Part shown: positions 57,701 through 64,000 of the stretch, piece after piece
Layout: the number at the start of each line of letters is the position of its first letter
How positions within the stretch are numbered: the stretch's first letter is position 1
Assembly: GCA_027923505.1 (NCBI GenBank)
Contig: BROI01000010.1
Location: 372,001-436,000, forward strand
Length of the DNA stretch: 64,000 bases
DNA from: Mayamaea pseudoterrestris
Taxonomy: Eukaryota
Direction of reading: 5' to 3'
Notes under the pieces: generated by a model
Told to the model about the DNA's origin: nothing
Databases searched by the model: none
The model's input: the letters and a program-made list of their open reading frames with translations, nothing else
Translations under genes and position numbers: made by a program

Positions 57701-60484
57701 CTGCGCTACAAGATGGTAGGCTTGGCTGGTGTCTCAGGGGATGGCAATGTATTTGGTGACAACTTGTCACCAGTCTCAGCCAGCAGATGCCATGACATTC
57801 AGACGCCTCTACAGCAGGCCCTGTAGGTGCCCAAATGACACCAGAATGGTGACAACATCATTGTTCAGGCTGCACTACAAGATGGAAAGCTTGGCTGGTG
57901 TCTCAGGGGATGGCAATGTATTTGGTGACAACTTGTCACCAGTCTCAGCCCGCAGATGCCATGACATTCAAACGCCCCTACAGCAAGCCGAGTAGGTGCC
58001 CAAGTTACACCAGAACGGTGCCAACATCATTGTTTAGGCTGCACTACAAGATGGTAGGCTTGGCTGGTGTCTCAGGGGATGGCAATGTATTTGGTGACAA
58101 CTTGTCACCAGTCTCAGCCAGCAGATGCCATGACATTCAGACGCCCCTACAGCAAGCCCTGTAGGTGCCCGAATTACACCAGAATGGTGCCAGCAGCATG
58201 ATTTAGGCTGCACTACAAGATGGTAGGCTTGGCTGGTGTCTCAGGGGATGGCAATGTATTTGGTGACAACTTGTCACCAGTCTCAGCCCGCAGATGCCAT
58301 GACATTTAAATGCCCCTACAGCAAGCCCTGTAGGTGCCCAAGTTACACCAGAATGGTGACAACATCATTATACAGGCTGCGCTACAAGATGGTAGGCTTG
58401 GCTGGTGTCTCAGGGGATGGCAATGTATTTGGTGACAACTTGTCTGACACCAGTCTCAGCCAGCAGATGCCATGACATTCAGACGCCCCTACAGCAAGCC
58501 CTGTAGGTGCCCAAATTACACCAGAATGGTGCCAACATCATTATTCAGGCTGCGCTACAAGATGGAAAGCTTGGCTGGTGTCTCAGGGGATGGCAATGTA
58601 TTTGGTGACAACTTGTCACCAGTCTCAGCCCGCAGATGCCATGACATTCAAACGCCCCTACAGCAAGCCCTGTAGGTGCCCAAATTACACCAGAATGGTG
58701 CCAACATCATTATTCAGGCTGCACTACAAGATGGAATGCTTGACTGGTGTCTCAGGGGATGGCAATGTATTTGGTGACAACTTGTCACCAGTCTCAGCCC
58801 GCAGATGCCATGACATTCAAACGCCCCTACAGCAAGCCCTGTAGGTGCCCAAATTACACCAGAATGGTGCCAACATCATTGTTTAGGCTGCGCTACAAGA
58901 TGGTAGGCTTGGCTGGTGTCTCAGGGGATGGCAATGTATTTGGTGACAACTTGTCACCAGTCTCAGCCAGCAGATGCCATGACATTCAGACGCCCCTACA
59001 GCAAGCCCTGTAGGTGCCCAAATTACACCAGAATGGTGACAACAGCCTTATTGAGGCTGCGCTACAAGATGGTAGGCTTGGCTGGTGTCTCAGGGGATGG
59101 CAATGTATTTGGTGACAACTTGTCACCAGTCTCAGCCAGCAGATGCCATGACATTCAAACGCCCCTACAGCAAGCCCTGTAGGTGCCCAAATTACACCAG
59201 AATGGTGCCAACAGCATTATTCAGGCTGCGCTACAAGATGGTAGGCTTGGCTGGTGTCTCAGGGGATGGCAATGTATTTGGTGACAACTTGTCACCAGTC
59301 TCAGCCCGCAGATGCCATGACATTCAAATGCCCCTACAGCAAGCCCTGTAGGTGCCCAAATTACACCAGAATGGTGCCAACATCATTATTCAGGCTGCGC
59401 TACAAGATGGTAAGCTTGGCTGGTGTCTCAGGGGATGGCAATGTATTTGGTGACAACTTGTCACCAGTCTCAGCCAGCAGATGCCATGACATTCAGACGC
59501 CCCTACAGCAAGCCCTGTAGGTGCCCAAATTACACCAGAATGGTGCCAACATCATTATTCAGGCTGCGCTACAAGATGGAAGGCTTGGCTGGTGTCTCAG
59601 GGGATGGCAATGTATTTGGTGACAACTTGTCACCAGTCTCAGCCCGCAGATGCCATGACATTCAAATGCCCCTACAGCAAGCCCTGTAGGTGCCCAAATT
59701 ACACCAGAATGGTGCCAACATCATTATTCAGGCTGCGCTACAAGATGGAAAGCTTGATTGGTGTCTCAGGGAATGGCAATGTATTTGGTGACAACTTGTC
59801 ACCAGTCTCAGCCAGCAGATGCCGTGACATTGAAACGCCCCCACAGCAAGCCCTGTAGGTGCCCAAACTACACCAGAATGGTGCCAACATCATTATTCAG
59901 GCTGCGCTACAAGATGGTAGGCTTGGCTGGTGTCTCAGGGGATGGCAATGTATTTGGTGACAACTTGTCACCAGTCTCAGCCCGCAGATGCCATGACATT
60001 CAAACGCCCCTACAGCAAGCCCTGTAGGTGCCCAAATTACACCAGAATGGTGCCAACATCATTATTCAGGCTGCGCTACAAGATGGTAGGCTTGGCTGGT
60101 GTCTCAGGGGATGGCAATGTATTCGGTGACAACTTGTCACCAGTCTCAGCCAGCAGATGCCTTCATATTCAAACGCCCCTACAGCAAGCCCTGTATGGGG
60201 CCCAAATTACACCAGAATGGTGACAACATCATTATTCAGGCTGCGCTACAAGATGGAAAGCTTGACTGGTGTCTCAGGGGATGGCAATGTATTTGGTGAC
60301 AACTTGTCACCAGTCTCAGCCCGCAGATGCCATGACATTCAGACGCCCCTACAGCAAGCCCTGTAGGTGCCCAAATTACCCCGCAATGGTGCCACCAATC
60401 TTGTTTAAGCTGCGCTACAAGATGGTATGCCTGGCTGGTGTCTCAGTTGACTGCAATGTGACTGGGGAGAACTTCGCAACAGTA
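54776..60484. repeat. 169-bp satellite, right array part 2 (~34 monomers), ending in an old-type diverged monomer
   Basis: Same orientation as 45869-52075. The last monomer reads atggtatgcctggctggtgtctcagttgactgcaatgtgactggggagaacttcgc. Confidence 0.97.
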
Positions 60485-60910
60485 GCATGCCCAGGATGGC
60501 AGAGTGGTGCTTGTCGGGGACGAAAAGAATCTGGCAAAACAAGAGATGAGCCAAGGAGGATGCAACCGTGCACATACATATCATTACAGATCAAACATAA
60601 AGCCTATTTCCATCTCACACTCGTTGGAACCAAGGCTGCTGATGTTGCAGAATGCCAAATCTATAGCCAAGTAAGGCAAATTGTGTAGTCTCTACTATAG
60701 TATGTTGTCAATATGACTCTTCAATCATTAGCCATCCTCATACTGATAAGCATAAACTATGTTTTGGCTTCATGGGCAGGATGGACAGGAAGAGCAAGAA
60801 ACCTATCGTAGGAGACAAGAGTTATCACATAGCTAAACTGTAATCCGATCAAAGAATCCGGGTCTTTTGGTCGGCCGTCATTTTTGTGTGTCGCCACTAA
60901 CTGACTGACC

Positions 60911-63900
60911 ATGGGGAGGGACCAGCCGCTGCTCGCCCGCTCCAAGGCCCTTTCAGTGCCTCTAGATGAGACATCCAAGTATTTGACAGCATTATTGGAT
61001 GGGAGTGTGAACAAAAAGCCGAAGAAACCCGACAAAAAAGCCTCACAAGGCGATCATCCACGTCGTCCAGCAGTGGCATCAATAGTTGCTGCAAAATTAA
61101 CCTCATCTTTGTCCCAATTAAAACCCAAAGTATCGGGTCTTGGTGTTTACACGCTTTCTGATCTTCCGGGAGCTTTCAAGAATGCGAATAATGACGCAGT
61201 CAACATTTTACGAAGCAAAAAGAGGCATGCTGCAAACGACGACGACGTCTCCGTCCTTCCTCCTCACCAAGGCAAGCCTCTGCTCGCACCACAAGCATCT
61301 ACGCTGAACGTGCCACCAACTCAATGCCTTTCTGAACCAAAAAGGGCCACAAGTTATAAGACTCTTTTGCCAACTCGTAAAGTAACTGCTCCGACACGTG
61401 TTAGTGTGGAAGGCCGTGCTCCGTCTTTGACAATCACCCAACATGACAATGCAGCTCCGGCGAGAACACTTGCTCTGCAGCTAAAGCCTACAAAACGCGC
61501 TCGATACTCACAGAACCAAATTCAGCAATCATCATCTTTATCTTTATTGAGGGACAAAATTAGTGTCGAGTCGGAGGTGAAAGTTATCAATTGCACCTCA
61601 CTGCAGATGCCAACGATGGACTCACAGTCACCAGGAATAAGCGAAGCATCGAAAGAAACGAAACTGACTTGCGATAATGACTTGTCCATTGGTCTCGACG
61701 AGAACAAGTTGAAGGCATCAGTGGTATCAGAATCATTGCCATCTTCGGCAATAGCAACATCAACGTCAACAATTTCTCAAAAGCAGAAGCAATCAATCAA
61801 CATTAGTTCCGTTCGTCAGGAAATTCCTCGGCCCGAACAAATAAGCACCGACACATCGAAAAGAAACTTGAATAAGGGAAACTTTGTACGGCTTAACATG
61901 ACGAACCACGCCGGAGCGTGCCGAGGAGCGCGGAACAAGAAGCAACCTTACATCAAACGAAAATATCAGCCGCATGATCCTGACAATCCAACACCCAACA
62001 CGGCCACGCGGGTGTGGCAAGCGACAACAATTGGAGCCAAGGAAGCAGGCGGACTCGCCTCAACTTCTGGAATTGATCCCGTCGATGACTTTTTAGATGT
62101 CATATACACTGGCAATGTCGATGTCGCCGCCACGGCCAAACAGTGTAAGATAACCAACAAGCGCAGCTCAACTATTCCAAACTGCTCTGGTCACCAGCAG
62201 CCATGTAAACTACTGACAGTAAAGAAGAATGCAGAAAACAAGGGTCGACAGTTTTATTGCTGTTCATTTCCGCGAGGCGACCAGTGCAACCATTTTGAAT
62301 GGGCCGACGATACACTGGAGGCGGCGCAGGCAGCCTTGCTGAAAAACCAATCTGTCTCTGGCTTTATTGCTCGACAAGTGGCAGCTTACATGGCGCAAAT
62401 CAAGCAACACACGGTACCAGAACTTGCTGATCTGTTGCAGCGTCATGGACTCGACGGAAAAGGAAAGAAGCAGCAGCTGTTGACGCGGATCGCCGTCTGG
62501 GTACGCGACGAGGTGGCAAAGGGGATTGCTTTGAATGAAGGCAATACCGATGATGACGAACAGTCCGCCAAAAATGACAATCTTCTTGACGAAAGGTCGG
62601 GGGCGGCGTCTGGCGATCACACCGATGATGATTATACTTGCTCGTCCGATGACGAACTCGAATTTGTCGGGCAATCCATGGACAAGATTGATAGTGTATA
62701 TGAATTGGCCAAAAACGACGAAGCCGGGAATGACGCGGAACCACAATGCGAATCAGAAACTATTCTTCATACCACGTTGCGAAAGCTTTTTGGACACTCT
62801 ACATTCCGCGAAGGACAAGAGTGGACGATTCGTCGCTGCCTAGACAATGAGCGAACTTTATTGGTCGCCCCCACCGGATTCGGAAAATCCTTATGCTACA
62901 CGTTGACTGCAGCATTGAAGGAAGGTGTCTGTATTGTGGTGTCTCCTCTGCTATCTCTGATCCAAGATCAGTTGCGGTTGCTTCCGCCAGGCATGGCAGC
63001 AGTGACTTTGTCTGGCACCATGACGAGGTCGAAATTGGCTGCAACGCTTGATGACATTGCTCGCGGACGAATCAAGATTGTCTTCGTTTCTCCAGAACGC
63101 CTAACGAGTGCATCCTTTCGGCGCCTCTTTCGATTGAAGTGGAGTCTTGAGCTAAAGACTCACAAGCGTATATTTCCGCCGGTCTCGCTATTTTGCGTCG
63201 ACGAAGCTCACACCTTGAGCCAATGGTCGCACCACTTTCGCCCTTCATATCTGCGTCTTCGTTCGGTCATGGCAATGATAGAGCCTCAAAGTGTGCTCGC
63301 CATTACAGCCACTGCCGGACCAAAGCTTGTGAATGACATTTGTCACATACTTGACATTCGTCGGCATCAGGAAGTGACGGATGCAGATGGATCAAAGACG
63401 CACGAGGGTATTCGACTAATGAGTTGCGACCGCGATAATATTGACATTTCTTGCTGCATTTTATCGTCACAGGAGCAACGGCTTGCAAAGGTAAGCTATA
63501 ACCGCTAGAGTTTTGCACCAGTGCGTCGGACAACGCTCATCAATTTATCCTTCTTTCTAGTTGATTGGTCTTCTCGGCCATCGCAAACACGCCAAAGCAG
63601 ACTGTGACGCGACAGCCGGTCTTCTATCTTCCGGCAGCGTAATCATATATGTATGGCGGCAGCGCGACGCCGAGGCAGTCGCTGAAAATATTCAAGCCGC
63701 AGCAGAAGTGCGAGGAGGTGTGACCGTTTATCACGGAGGGATGGATGCTGCCGCCCGCAGCAAGGCTCAAAGCAAGGTGCGAATATGCGCTGAAGTATTA
63801 ACTAGAAAAACTTCAAGTGATCTCACACCAAAAAATATTGTACACAGTTCATGCGGGGAAAGATACGCATTTGCGTGGCGACAGTTGCCTTTGGCCTGGG

Positions 63901-64000
63901 GATCAATAAAGGCGATATTGCCGGTGTCATTCACATGTACCTCTCCGCCTCTCCAGAACACTATCTTCAAGAAATCGGACGAGCTGGCCGCGACGGTCAA
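60911..64000 (+). CDS. RECQL4: RECQL4-like DNA helicase with GRF zinc finger and SAP domain (3'-partial). Exons 60911-63490, 63561-63776 and 63848->64000
   Basis: Motifs [29 protein letters not shown] and [11 protein letters not shown]. Two phase-0 GT-AG introns (70 and 71 bp) join to [17 protein letters not shown] and [12 protein letters not shown]. The N-terminal NFVRLNM motif is typical of RECQL4. Confidence 0.88.

Noticed and set aside
17363..60484. Well over 100 recurring 88-aa ORFs (MSQGMAMYLVTT...) and the ORFs of the 181-bp array
   Set aside because: These are by-products of tandem repeats whose periods are not multiples of 3. They have non-ATG starts and freely tolerated indels, with no domain signal.

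Overview
Eukaryotic nuclear DNA, most likely from a diatom or related stramenopile. This is inferred from compact genes, ~70-bp GT-AG introns and CoDi-type Ty1/copia elements; no species is claimed. Ordinary genes sit at both ends: a secreted protein, a GT92 glycosyltransferase, a SHAQKY-type MYB factor and a hypothetical protein on the left, and a RECQL4-like helicase on the right. Between them lies a ~53.6-kb block (~6.86-60.5 kb) with no host genes. It contains two oppositely oriented arrays of a 169-bp satellite (~100 and ~70 copies). These surround a core made of a related 181-bp satellite, a ~510-bp repeat and a near-full-length copia element with a chromodomain-like module. The block also holds a ~353-bp dimeric repeat, two truncated copia elements fused tail-to-tail, and a decayed tyrosine-recombinase retroelement. 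All repeat periods are multiples of ~170-180 bp. The 169-bp monomer carries a 19-bp palindrome that is kept by compensatory changes in old edge monomers, matches the first 8 nt of the copia LTR, and lies at or beside most junctions. My main hypothesis is a satellite-based regional centromere or pericentromeric heterochromatin island with mirror symmetry. Function cannot be shown from sequence alone, and several patches look like low-quality long-read consensus.
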